The notes below the pieces were generated by a model. The model made no database searches. It saw only the letters and a list, made by a program, of their open reading frames with translations, and was not told the origin of the DNA. Positions 38,966 through 48,775 of a DNA stretch of 64,000 nt are shown piece after piece. The DNA is from Candidatus Methanomethylophilaceae archaeon (GTDB lineage Archaea > Thermoplasmatota > Thermoplasmata > Methanomassiliicoccales > Methanomethylophilaceae). The stretch spans positions 558,181 through 622,180 of the forward strand of contig OY781044.1 in assembly GCA_963676235.1 (NCBI GenBank), given 5' to 3'. Within the stretch, counting starts at the first letter, position 1, and every line of letters starts with the position of its first letter. A program made the translations under genes and the position numbers.

Positions 38966-39886
38966 ATGGCGTTGATATTCAAATCAGGAGACGAACTGTT
39001 CGATCAAGGTGTAGACCTTATCAAACGCAAGGAATTTGCCAAAGCAAAATCTAACTTCCAGAAATCCGTGGAAAAAGACGGAAAGAACGCAGAGATCGCA
39101 AACATCTACATTTCAATCATAGATGTATATTCCGATCCCAATTCTGCAGATCGCCTAGAATTCTTGGCAAGCAGACTCGAAGCAACAAACATAGGAGAAT
39201 TCGAATTCGGACTGACAAGCATAGAATCGAAGAAATTCGCCGTAGAACTTAGACTCACAGCCGAACGTATAAGAATATTCGCAATGAATGGAAATTCCAA
39301 TGTCAGAGAAGAAAAGGGAAATAAACTTCTCCAACTCGCACAAAAATTCCAGATGCAGATTGGAAATGACGGCCTTAAGCTTAATGAATTGATATCTAAC
39401 GATGTAAGCATAACAGGTATCAGAGAAAGTCTCAGTATCCAAGCTCTAGGTTATGAGACCTTAGCATCTGCCGTCGTCCTTACAGATCCCAAGAAAGCAG
39501 CGGAGATGTTGCAGAACGCATACAACTACCGCAGACAGACCGGAGAGGACGTAGGGGATGACATGAACCTCATTAAAGCCTATTCCAAAACAGCAAAATG
39601 CTGGATCTGCGGGAGATCTACGACCGGTGAAGGGATACATTTCATAACCATGTCCAGCGAGATCACTCCTTTCATGAGGACAGGACAAGATGACATCCAG
39701 AAATCAGCTCCCGAGAACTTCGAATCTGTCTATGTGTGCCGTCCCTGTTATTCAGCGATTTCAAGAAGGGCTGATGTAATATCTAAACAATATTTCGATA
39801 GAGGTATGCAAGAACTGCGCAACACTGAGGCCAGACTTCAAATGGAAATTGCAGAAGTACGCGCGTACGCTTCGATGAGACGGTGA
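38966..39886 (+). CDS. hypothetical helical protein with a C-terminal-half Zn ribbon (gene 1 of a 5-gene operon)
   Basis: CWIC-N37-CRPC, with a coiled-coil tail. RBS GAAAGTGAG. Confidence 0.6.
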   Translation: MALIFKSGDELFDQGVDLIKRKEFAKAKSNFQKSVEKDGKNAEIANIYISIIDVYSDPNSADRLEFLASRLEATNIGEFEFGLTSIESKKFAVELRLTAERIRIFAMNGNSNVREEKGNKLLQLAQKFQMQIGNDGLKLNELISNDVSITGIRESLSIQALGYETLASAVVLTDPKKAAEMLQNAYNYRRQTGEDVGDDMNLIKAYSKTAKCWICGRSTTGEGIHFITMSSEITPFMRTGQDDIQKSAPENFESVYVCRPCYSAISRRADVISKQYFDRGMQELRNTEARLQMEIAEVRAYASMRR

Positions 39887-41433
39887 ATATATTGGATGAT
39901 ATTGTCACACTCAGATGTAAATACTGCGGAGCACCACTGGACAAAAAGGATCTGGAGTCGAACGACCCATACGTCACATGTTCAAGCTGTGGTACAACAC
40001 AGCAGAGAATCGATGCAAAAGCATACCTCGATCAAATGATGGGGCAAGTCCAGAATTGGATTAGCAAAGCACTTCCGGGCGGATTCTCATTGTCTCAGTC
40101 TGAAAATGTAGATTCGGTTGCCAGGTATAATATCTTCAACACCAATATAAAACCCAAGATAGACGCAGAATACACCGAATACAAGTTCGCAACGAACACA
40201 CTCATCTCAAATCCGATGATGGTACTGCCGTTCACTACGGACAATTCAGCAGTACCTGTACATTCTTCAACCAAGGCGTTCGAATTCAATGCCAAAGCAA
40301 AAAGTGTTGAAGCTTTAGCAGTAGATGTGAACAGTAAGGCACTCATTACTGATGCTGAGGACCTTGCCTCCGCTTACGCCCTGATCATCAACAATACAAA
40401 ACTTTTACAAGAAGACAAGCCTGGAAGATATATTCTGCTAGCTAACAACTTCACCGAGGCCGCAAAGGCCTTTTCAAAAGTCAAAGGATACGGTTCGGCA
40501 ACAACACGTTTCGAAGCACTGGCACAAATCTCTACAGGATGTGAAAAACTCCTGAACGGAGATGCCATGGGTTCTCAGTCATATTTTGAACAAGGCACAA
40601 CCAAGCTAGAAGCATTGAAGACAAATCTCTTCAGCGATATGAATCTAGGTATCATGTACCAAGCCGTGAACCTTGAGATCTCACAAGCACATATACTTAC
40701 AGACATATCGAGATTCATAACCACTGGAGTGAGCAGCGATCCTCTAAAGATCCTGAACGTCATCAAAAAAGTATTCACATTCCAATATGCGAAATCAGGA
40801 AACTGGGGTTACCTCTTAAGCAATAAAGACAGATTCAATGAGATCTTCGAATACCTTTCCAATGCGATGAGCGCAAAGAACGGCAAAACACTGCCTATCA
40901 CAGCAGGAAGCGGAGATTATCTCATTCCATTTTGGGATATCGACCTGAAATACAGCTTCCAGACAGGAATGGCATGGAAAAAGAAAAGCGTTGAAGTCTC
41001 TGAGGACATTCTGGTTCCCGCAGATTTTGTGATCGACAGTGCATGTTTATCCAATCCATCATCAGCGCTTACAGATATATTCTCTATACGTCCTGAAAAA
41101 AGCATTCTTGCAGGCATCAGCGGAAGTGAAACAAGCATTAGTGGAGGAGAAGGTATCGGTAAATTATCGATGGCTTCTCAGAATTCTCCAGGAGCAAGAA
41201 AGATCGTAATACCATTAAGTACAAAGAAAGAGGCTGAGAAGGTAGTCACCGATTATCTTACAAACCGTATGAGCAGCGATTCCAAGCTCAAATTAAGCAA
41301 ACCATACGTCAAATGCCTGATATACATACCATGCAAAATTAACGGCGATAATCTCGCAGTACCAGAAGAGTTCGGATCGCTTATACCCGAACGGACAAGA
41401 AGAACTAAAGTCTCAGAATTAATAACAATATAA
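39883..41433 (+). CDS. hypothetical 516-aa protein with an N-terminal Zn ribbon (gene 2)
   Basis: CKYC-N16-CSSC at the N terminus. The GTG start overlaps the upstream stop (GTGA). Confidence 0.6.
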   Translation: MNILDDIVTLRCKYCGAPLDKKDLESNDPYVTCSSCGTTQQRIDAKAYLDQMMGQVQNWISKALPGGFSLSQSENVDSVARYNIFNTNIKPKIDAEYTEYKFATNTLISNPMMVLPFTTDNSAVPVHSSTKAFEFNAKAKSVEALAVDVNSKALITDAEDLASAYALIINNTKLLQEDKPGRYILLANNFTEAAKAFSKVKGYGSATTRFEALAQISTGCEKLLNGDAMGSQSYFEQGTTKLEALKTNLFSDMNLGIMYQAVNLEISQAHILTDISRFITTGVSSDPLKILNVIKKVFTFQYAKSGNWGYLLSNKDRFNEIFEYLSNAMSAKNGKTLPITAGSGDYLIPFWDIDLKYSFQTGMAWKKKSVEVSEDILVPADFVIDSACLSNPSSALTDIFSIRPEKSILAGISGSETSISGGEGIGKLSMASQNSPGARKIVIPLSTKKEAEKVVTDYLTNRMSSDSKLKLSKPYVKCLIYIPCKINGDNLAVPEEFGSLIPERTRRTKVSELITI

Positions 41434-41445
41434 GGGGGAACAGAA

Positions 41446-41811
41446 ATGGCTATGAACAACAAAACGATGTCTGCGGTACTATTAGGCGCAGCCATCATCG
41501 CGCTCGCTATTGGATTGATAATCTACAGCGTCGTAAGGAAAGATTTCTTCGTGATCATCTGGTCCTTTGCACTGATATTTGGTATCGCTATCTGTATCAC
41601 TGTATCGGCATACAGCAACGCTGAGAAACATGGACCTTCTGAAATGATGTATAGACTCAGCACCGGAATGGTAATGGTACTCATCGGAATCATAGGGTTC
41701 ATCAATATATTCGCATCAATAGACGCATTGATCCTGATTGCAATATTCCTTATCGGACTTGCATTCATAGGCATGATGGTAGCAATTACAAACAGTAAGA
41801 AGGTGGCATAA
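41446..41811 (+). CDS. small 4-TM membrane protein (gene 3)
   Basis: Four hydrophobic helices. GGGGGA RBS. Confidence 0.6.
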   Translation: MAMNNKTMSAVLLGAAIIALAIGLIIYSVVRKDFFVIIWSFALIFGIAICITVSAYSNAEKHGPSEMMYRLSTGMVMVLIGIIGFINIFASIDALILIAIFLIGLAFIGMMVAITNSKKVA

Positions 41812-42348
41812 ATGACTACAGATAAAGTAGTTGGGGACCAGATGGACAAGAATAAATCTCTCATCGAGAGGATATGCCTTTACATCCCCGGGTATAGAGG
41901 GTACAAGCAGAAAAACCTCAGAAGAGATGAGGACAGAGCAGTCAGAACAGAAGTTGCCCGTGCTCTTGAAGCAACTAAGATGGATCTTGCAACCGTACAG
42001 AGAGCAACTGTAGGAAATCTGGATCTCATGAGAGATACTGAGAGAATCAGAACAAAAACAGACAAATATTACATCGATGTGAAAAAAGCTGTCAACGGAT
42101 ACAGTGCATTGCACGACTCAGTGAAGATCATGGAATCCGAATTGGACAATCTCATAGAATGGGATGCAAAACTCATGGATGACGCTGTCGCATTAAAAGA
42201 AGAGACATCTGCCATAGTAGATTCCATTGACAAAGGAAATACAGATATCAAAAAACCACTCAGAGACCTCGAGAGGACCATTGACCAACTTTTAGAGGAT
42301 TATAACGGCAGAGAAAAGATCATGAAAGGATTCCAAGAAAAGGAGTGA
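41812..42348 (+). CDS. charged all-helical/coiled-coil protein (gene 4)
   Basis: The start abuts the previous stop (TAAATG). GGTGG RBS. Heptad-like charged sequence. Confidence 0.6.
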   Translation: MTTDKVVGDQMDKNKSLIERICLYIPGYRGYKQKNLRRDEDRAVRTEVARALEATKMDLATVQRATVGNLDLMRDTERIRTKTDKYYIDVKKAVNGYSALHDSVKIMESELDNLIEWDAKLMDDAVALKEETSAIVDSIDKGNTDIKKPLRDLERTIDQLLEDYNGREKIMKGFQEKE

Positions 42349-42353
42349 ATTAA

Positions 42354-43478
42354 ATGGCAGCAGAAAAAAAATCTAATGTTGTATTTTGGAAAGATCAGGG
42401 ACCTGACGATATCATCTACAACTCAGAGTACGATGACCTCAGGACGATCACCTCTGTGACAGTTCCTGAACACGCAGTCGCATTGTTCATCAGGGATGGA
42501 CAGCTCGTCGGAACTCTCGAACCAGGAAGACATGTCATCACTTCCGCAAATATTCCATGGTTGACAAAACTGTACAACCTGGCACTCGGTTACAAAGAGA
42601 CTCCATTCAAAGTCTGGATCGTTTTCATCTCGCTGAAAATGTTTAACGGAAGATGGGGCATCAGATCGATGATCAAAGCCTCTGAGGAATATCAAGTTCC
42701 TATCGTTCTCATGGCTAATGGAGATTTCCAGTTCCGTATCAATGATGTCTCGGTTTTCTACACACAGATACTCGGCGGAATGAGCACATATTCCACCGGA
42801 GATGTCAACGCGTTCATGAAGAGCTTCATCAACGAGCAGATCATCCAACAGATGACCTCTCAATACTACATGGACATCATGAACAATCTCGAAAAGGCAT
42901 CCACAACAACGAAGATCCTTATCGAGCCCTACTTCACACAGAGAGGCATAGAGCTACTTTCGTTGAAGATCAGCGAAGCACAAACAACCGATGAAGACAG
43001 GACCAAAGTATTCGAATATCTCCAATTCAGCAGCAAGAACGGAGAATCCTTCAAGAAATACGAGGTCATGGATAGGATGGCAGATGCAATAGGAACGTCG
43101 ACGGGAGGCGCAGCAATGGGCTCAGGAATGCTCTTATTCCCTCAAATGTACCAACAACTCCAACAACAACCTATTAATGGTGTACAAAGTCAGAATCAAC
43201 AGCCACAACAACAGAAGGTCATGTGTCCTACATGCGGTGCATTGAATGACTATCCGTACAAATTCTGTAGCAGCTGCGGTCAACCGTCACCGATGATGAA
43301 CCGCACCGGACAACCTGTGATGATGGCTGGTAACAATACAGCACCTGTCACAGGAACAACTCCTGCAGCAACTAGTACAGGAAAGAAATTCAAGCTCTGT
43401 CCGTATTGCGGAATGGACATAAGTTCTCTTCCGAAGACGCCTAAATTCTGCCCATATTGTGCAGAACAGCTTAATTAA
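42354..43478 (+). CDS. SPFH (Band_7_1 / YdjI-like) domain protein with a Q-rich linker and two C-terminal Zn ribbons (gene 5)
   Basis: The N-domain pattern VPEHAVALFIRDGQLVGTLEPGRHVITSANIPWL...FKVWIVFIS...RWG resembles the YdjI family. It is followed by QQLQQQP..QNQQPQQQ, CPTCG..CSSCG and CPYCG..CPYC. AAGGAG RBS. Confidence 0.7.
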   Translation: MAAEKKSNVVFWKDQGPDDIIYNSEYDDLRTITSVTVPEHAVALFIRDGQLVGTLEPGRHVITSANIPWLTKLYNLALGYKETPFKVWIVFISLKMFNGRWGIRSMIKASEEYQVPIVLMANGDFQFRINDVSVFYTQILGGMSTYSTGDVNAFMKSFINEQIIQQMTSQYYMDIMNNLEKASTTTKILIEPYFTQRGIELLSLKISEAQTTDEDRTKVFEYLQFSSKNGESFKKYEVMDRMADAIGTSTGGAAMGSGMLLFPQMYQQLQQQPINGVQSQNQQPQQQKVMCPTCGALNDYPYKFCSSCGQPSPMMNRTGQPVMMAGNNTAPVTGTTPAATSTGKKFKLCPYCGMDISSLPKTPKFCPYCAEQLN

Positions 43479-43479
43479 C

Positions 43480-43513
43480 TTTTTTTCAGGACCGGTTTCA
43501 ACCCGGTCCTTTT
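43480..43513 (+). terminator. T7 tract plus hairpin AGGACCGG/CCGGTCCT plus TTT
   Basis: Read directly, immediately after the operon's last stop codon. Confidence 0.5.
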
Positions 43514-43857
43514 CTACATCTCGGGTACTCTGAGAGATTTAACCAGAATCGCTATTGCATACATCTTTGATCCTAAATCGACAGATCCAGCATAATATAG
43601 ACAGCACAAGATTCGAATTTGGTAAGATATTCCTAAAGTCGGTTTATCGCGTAAAACAAATTATATCCAGATTGTACCAAAACCTAACAAAAATGAATCG
43701 ATATGTCTCTCTTTCATTTTCTTCATACTTGACATGAACCGTCATAAAATAATCAATATGATTCGACCAAAATGTCACAGATATCGATCATTTATTAAAG
43801 TTTATCAAACATGATAATAGCGTTTTATTTATAAATCCATAATTACGTACATATCAA

Positions 43858-44334
43858 ATGGTTATTAAAATGATAAAAAATTGGCAACTATTGCTATTAT
43901 GTGTTATCGGCTGTATGGCTGTAGGTGCAACATCCGGTATAATCTCCGGAGACAGTATGAAGATGTATTCTGATCTCAAATTACCCGATATATATCCCCC
44001 TGGATACTTATTCCCAATAGTTTGGACAATACTGTATGCACTTATGGGTGTCTCTCTGTATTTAATAATCAAAGATGGAATTTACAAGAATGAAATACCA
44101 TTGGCCATATTTGGAATTCAATTGGTACTGAATTTCTGTTGGTTACCTATATTCTTTGTTATGTCAAATTATCTCGCTGCATTCATATTATTAGTGGTTA
44201 TATGGATATTCGTATTGATGATGATATATACATTCTGGAAAGTAGACAAATATGCCGGTGCGATTCAGATACCATATCTGATTTGGGTCACGTTTGCGGG
44301 ATATTTGAGCTACAGCGTATACATTCTAAATTGA
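43858..44334 (+). CDS. tspO: TspO/MBR family tryptophan-rich sensory protein
   Basis: PPGYLFPIVWTILYALMG, and a five-TM Trp-rich pattern. Confidence 0.85.
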   Translation: MVIKMIKNWQLLLLCVIGCMAVGATSGIISGDSMKMYSDLKLPDIYPPGYLFPIVWTILYALMGVSLYLIIKDGIYKNEIPLAIFGIQLVLNFCWLPIFFVMSNYLAAFILLVVIWIFVLMMIYTFWKVDKYAGAIQIPYLIWVTFAGYLSYSVYILN

Positions 44335-44407
44335 CACAACAAGTTACTTTGTACTATATCTCTAAACTCGAGGAATAATGCCTATTTGAGACAACTATCA
44401 GAAACAT

Positions 44408-44425
44408 CTGCGGGAAATCCCGCAG
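44408..44425. terminator. hairpin CTGCGGG-AAAT-CCCGCAG between convergent genes
   Basis: Read directly. It sits between the 3' ends of tspO and the ferredoxin-flavodoxin gene. Confidence 0.35.
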
Positions 44426-44593
44426 TGAAATACTTTATTGTTTGAGATTGGACTGATTATTTCTTAACGCATTGTAAAAATATGACAACTGTAACTAATG
44501 TCGCAATTGTAATATTTATAATCAGAACTGTCGTATGGATATGCCCCGCAAAATTTCCACAGTCGTAGAACTTATCACAATATCAGAACACTA

Positions 44594-45352
44594 TCAAAAT
44601 TTCACATTCGGATTGAAATATCTGCCTTTCTTCTCTGTCTTCTTGCTATATTGAATAGCTTCAACTGGGCATCTATGCAGACATCCCAAACAAAGAATGC
44701 ATTGATCCTTTACCCATAGAGGCTTCTCATCTGTGATCTTTATCGCCTTCGCCGGACATATCTTCTCACATAAACCACAACCTATGCAAGCCTTAGTAAC
44801 ATAGAATTTATAGGTTTTTCTTCCACCTTTATACATCGAATAAAGTATTGGAGTTATCAACGCAGGAACCATGCCACGATGCACATTCATATCACCGATG
44901 GCTCTGTTCTTTATATTCTCTATTACACGACCTATCTCGATATCAGCTTTCTCTAGCTTATTCTTGATCTCCTCGTCTGAACCTATGTGATATAATATCA
45001 CATAATTGTCCGGCATAACAACAGAATGCTGAGCGGACAGCTTGATCCCTTTATCTTGCATAAGCTTTGCACACGCACGGATCGCATTACCTGTAGCAAG
45101 TCCGCAAGTCAGAACAACAAACACATAAGGCTTACAACCGTCTTTCAATTGAATCTTTGAAATAAATTCTGTTACTATCGTGGGCAAACCATAGAAATAG
45201 GTTGGAGTAACGATTCCGATAAATTCTGTATTGATAAGAACCTGATCGTTGTCTTTCAAATCTTGAATATTAGTAACCGATATGCCTAACGCTTTGGATA
45301 TCTGATTCGCTACATACATACTATTACCCGTCGCTGAAAAACAAAATATCAT
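44594..45352 (-). CDS. flavodoxin-like + 2x[4Fe-4S] ferredoxin-domain protein (EFR1-type)
   Basis: MIFCFSATGNS flavodoxin-like N terminus. CIGCGLCEKICP and CILCLGCLHRCP cluster motifs. ATG at 45352; the track start is TTG 45418. Confidence 0.7.
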   Translation of the reverse strand: MIFCFSATGNSMYVANQISKALGISVTNIQDLKDNDQVLINTEFIGIVTPTYFYGLPTIVTEFISKIQLKDGCKPYVFVVLTCGLATGNAIRACAKLMQDKGIKLSAQHSVVMPDNYVILYHIGSDEEIKNKLEKADIEIGRVIENIKNRAIGDMNVHRGMVPALITPILYSMYKGGRKTYKFYVTKACIGCGLCEKICPAKAIKITDEKPLWVKDQCILCLGCLHRCPVEAIQYSKKTEKKGRYFNPNVKF

Positions 45353-45807
45353 ACAGTTCCGAATAACATCAGAGTACTTATGATTACCGTCTGGCTTGCA
45401 AACATTAAATGAATCCAATTATGGTATTTCGTAATTTATCTACGAATTACATACATAAAATTACGATTATCAACGAATTAATTGAATGAATTGTTATATA
45501 TAGTAGTAATACGATGACAATAGTGGAGGAAAGTAAAATCGCAAAACCAAATATGTCTAGAACCTGCGGCGAGAACGAATCTAGTATGGAGATATGTTCG
45601 AAAAGGAATGACTGGTCGATTGACGCTTTTCTTTGATCGTTGCGCTCCTTGGATTCTGTTCGCAAGACTCGACGGATGACCGCCACAACCTACTTACCCC
45701 ATTTTGGGGGCGTGAATCTTCTTTGAATCACCTGTTTTCATGAACATCTTCTACAGAGAACTATTTCCTCCAAATGTTATGAAAATAGGGACTTTTTCTT
45801 ACAAAAA

Positions 45808-46368
45808 TTACTCAGAATAGAATACTTTTCCATCGATTATCTCCACTTTCAAAAGCGTCTTGATCTTAACACCGATTTCTTCTTCCATTTCCTTCTTATT
45901 CTTGGTCTTCTCGAATACAATTAAAACATCAACTACCTCGGCACCAATTATGTTCTTCAGTGCATGCACTATCGCACGTATTGTACCACCTGTACTAAGA
46001 ACGTCATCCACAATTACGACGCGATCTCCTTTTTTGATACCGTTTATGAACATCTCAGATTTTGAATAACCTGTATACTGCGCGATGTTAACTTCTCCTG
46101 GCAAATTGTATTTTCTTTTCCTTATGATATTATACGGTATCCCCGTCCTTAGTGACAACCCAACAGCCAACGGAATTCCCATTGCCTGAGGCCCCAGAAT
46201 ATAATCGCAGTTAAAGTCAACTTTTGCCTGTATGACATCCAGGACCTCGTTCAAAATATCCGGTTCCATGTATGGTATACCGTCCGTAACAGGATGGACA
46301 AAATAATGATAACCGTTCATATCTACGATCGGACACTCATCTAAACTCTTCTTCAACAGTTCTAACAT
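45808..46368 (-). CDS. hpt: hypoxanthine/guanine phosphoribosyltransferase (archaeal type)
   Basis: PRPP motif VVIVDDVLSTGGT. The ATG at 46368 gives MLELLKKSLDECPIV.. and removes the overlap with ade. Confidence 0.75.
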   Translation of the reverse strand: MLELLKKSLDECPIVDMNGYHYFVHPVTDGIPYMEPDILNEVLDVIQAKVDFNCDYILGPQAMGIPLAVGLSLRTGIPYNIIRKRKYNLPGEVNIAQYTGYSKSEMFINGIKKGDRVVIVDDVLSTGGTIRAIVHALKNIIGAEVVDVLIVFEKTKNKKEMEEEIGVKIKTLLKVEIIDGKVFYSE

Positions 46369-46372
46369 ATCA

Positions 46373-48013
46373 TCACTCAAATTGATAATCCAATTCTGTG
46401 AATTTAAACTCAGTGTTATCGAACAGACCCCTGTCACTCATCTTCAGCGCAGGAACCACTAATAAACACTGGAATCCCAGCGTCATGAACGGTGCCTTGA
46501 ATTTACATCCGCAACTTTCTGCCATCGCGATCATCTTCTGTTCTGTCGCTGCCACCAGTACCCCTGGTTCTGTGGTCATCAATCCCGCAACTGGAAGCGG
46601 GAGGATCAATTCATTCATTCCATCAGTAACATAATGCCCTCCGTGGATTGAAACAGCATTCACCGCTTTAGACAGAAGTTCATAAGATGTCGCCACAACA
46701 ACAATATTGTGAGAATCATGAGAAACCGTAGATGCCAAAGCACCTTTCTTCAACCCAAATCCTGATACGAATCCTACTGTGGGCTTAGATACTTCATACC
46801 TGTTTACAACTGCCATCAAAAGCACATCCTTACCCACATCAGGCATCAGTATCCCATTATCGGTTTTCAGAACAGCAGACTCCTTGGTGCTGTAGATCTT
46901 CTTATCCTCTACACCTATTACCTTCACCCTGATACGGTCAACTTCACGATAAATGTAAAAATCCTTAGAAACTGTATGATACGTTACAATATTTGTATCG
47001 CACGTGAGCGGCCTGATGTTGAATGTGATCTTTCCATTTTCGGCCACTAGTGTACCATTGATATACACCTTCAAAACATCAAAATCCTTTAGGTCAGATA
47101 CTATGACCATATCTGCCGGACCGTCTTTGTATATCGCTCCGCCTCTCAATCCGTAATGGAGTGATGGCCACAGAGAAGCTGCTTTGATCGCCCTCATAGG
47201 TTCTATTCCAAAGGCAACTGCCATGCGGAGAAGCTTGTCCATATATCCATTGTTTATGCAATCATTAGCTTGCATATCATCGGTAGAGAAGAAAAAATCA
47301 TAATCCTTGGCTACCGGTATCAAAGCCTCCATGTTAGAACACGCAGAACCTTCTCTTACTTGGATTATCATTCCTTTCTCTGCTTTTTCTCTTGCTTCTT
47401 CCTCGGTGACACATTCATGATCGGTTGTTATTCCCGCATCAATGTATTTATCCAGATCATTTCCACTAAGACCTGGCGCATGTCCATCGATCGGTTTGTT
47501 ATATTTCTTGGCTATAGCGATCTTCTCCATAACTTCTGGATCACGATTAATAACGCCAGGATAGTTCATGACCTCTGCTAATCCGAATATCTTGGGTCTG
47601 CTCAGAAGATCCTCTATCTCTTTGGAACCCAATCTGCAACCTGCAGTCTCAAAACTTGTCGCAGGAACGCATGATGGTGCCATATATCTGAATTTCAAAG
47701 GAACACTTTCAGAATCCTTTATCATGTATTCCACTCCTTCTATTCCAAGAACGTTAGCTATTTCATGAGGATCTGCGACTACTGCCACGACTCCTCGTGG
47801 AACTGCCAGTTCCGCAAAACGAGAAGGAACGAGCATAGAAGATTCCACATGAACATGAGAATCTACCAATCCTGGAAGGATATAATTAGAAAAGGTTCCC
47901 TCTATCTCTTCTACAGAAGAAATCCTTCCATTCAATGCCCTTATTCTTGCAGGATATATCCTATTTTCTAACACATCAACTAAGTTACCTTCCACGGTGA
48001 CTGGACTGTGCAT
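46373..48013 (-). CDS. ade: adenine deaminase
   Basis: Amidohydrolase metal motif LPGLVDSHVHVESS, and the 546-aa Ade length class. Confidence 0.85.
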   Translation of the reverse strand: MHSPVTVEGNLVDVLENRIYPARIRALNGRISSVEEIEGTFSNYILPGLVDSHVHVESSMLVPSRFAELAVPRGVVAVVADPHEIANVLGIEGVEYMIKDSESVPLKFRYMAPSCVPATSFETAGCRLGSKEIEDLLSRPKIFGLAEVMNYPGVINRDPEVMEKIAIAKKYNKPIDGHAPGLSGNDLDKYIDAGITTDHECVTEEEAREKAEKGMIIQVREGSACSNMEALIPVAKDYDFFFSTDDMQANDCINNGYMDKLLRMAVAFGIEPMRAIKAASLWPSLHYGLRGGAIYKDGPADMVIVSDLKDFDVLKVYINGTLVAENGKITFNIRPLTCDTNIVTYHTVSKDFYIYREVDRIRVKVIGVEDKKIYSTKESAVLKTDNGILMPDVGKDVLLMAVVNRYEVSKPTVGFVSGFGLKKGALASTVSHDSHNIVVVATSYELLSKAVNAVSIHGGHYVTDGMNELILPLPVAGLMTTEPGVLVAATEQKMIAMAESCGCKFKAPFMTLGFQCLLVVPALKMSDRGLFDNTEFKFTELDYQFE

Positions 48014-48100
48014 AGAATAGTATCAAAGTATAAGGTTATCATACTTCCGAAAGATGGACCGACAATACCTGATATATACCCGAAATATAATTTGCGAAAC

Positions 48101-48625
48101 ATGGCAGATCTTAAAGACTTCATAACTACAATCCCGAATTTCCCAAAAGAAGGAATCATGTTCAGAGACATAACATCTATGATCCAGGATCCAATCGGCT
48201 TCAAAATGGCAGTTGATGGATTGGTAGACCTTCTTAAAGACATTGATTATGATGTCATATTAGGTTCAGAATCCAGAGGTTTCGTATTCGGTGCACCTGT
48301 CGCATACGCTATGAACAAAGGATTCATCCTTGTACGTAAAAAAGGAAAACTTCCCAGAGCAACCATCTCCGAAGAATATGCATTGGAATACGGCACAGCA
48401 ACACTAGAGATGCATGTGGACAGTTTCGTAAAAAATGCTAAAGTCGTAATCATCGATGACCTCATAGCTACCGGCGGTACCACAAAGGCCATAGTCGATA
48501 TGGTAGAGAAGTTGGGCGGAAAGATCGTAAAAATATGTTTCGTTATGGAACTGGTAGGACTCAACGGAAGAGATCAGCTCAAAGGCTACGACGTAGAATC
48601 CCTGATTACATACGAAGGAAGGTAA
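48101..48625 (+). CDS. apt: adenine phosphoribosyltransferase
   Basis: IPNFPKEGIMFRDIT and VVIIDDLIATGGT. The ATG at 48101 (MADLKDF...) is more likely than the track start at 48008. Confidence 0.9.
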   Translation: MADLKDFITTIPNFPKEGIMFRDITSMIQDPIGFKMAVDGLVDLLKDIDYDVILGSESRGFVFGAPVAYAMNKGFILVRKKGKLPRATISEEYALEYGTATLEMHVDSFVKNAKVVIIDDLIATGGTTKAIVDMVEKLGGKIVKICFVMELVGLNGRDQLKGYDVESLITYEGR

Positions 48626-48636
48626 ACCTCATTGTT

Positions 48637-48670
48637 GCTTCCTCATGAAGGAAGCGACTCCGCCTTTTTC
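48637..48670 (+). terminator. hairpin GCTTCCT-CATGA-AGGAAGC followed by a T5 run
   Basis: Read directly, 12 nt after the apt stop. Confidence 0.4.
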
Positions 48671-48775
48671 AAATATATTTAGAGAAGACATGAGACTATG
48701 CGTCATTACTAATCTCTATCATTTCGATTGTACCGGAAATACCTGATTTAAAAACATCAATCTGAAAATCATGAG

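Noticed and set aside
43555-43737. Small ORFs in AT-rich spacers (43555..43737, 51577..51792, 23907..24140, 31814..32044, 5771..5959)
   Set aside because: They have no RBS or homology, and their composition is typical of intergenic DNA. Several also overlap predicted terminators or promoters.
45447-45686. 79-aa minus-strand ORF with one hydrophobic segment between the ferredoxin-flavodoxin gene and hpt
   Set aside because: It has a GTG start, no RBS and no recognisable family, and it sits in a spacer that likely holds the promoter of the downstream gene. Support is insufficient to call a gene.
48008-48100. N-terminal extensions given by the longest-ORF rule for apt (48008), hpt (46437), usp (23487), the flavodoxin-ferredoxin gene (45418) and the REase (1499)
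   Set aside because: Family N termini align with internal ATGs. The extensions overlap neighbouring genes or start at TTG/GTG without an RBS.
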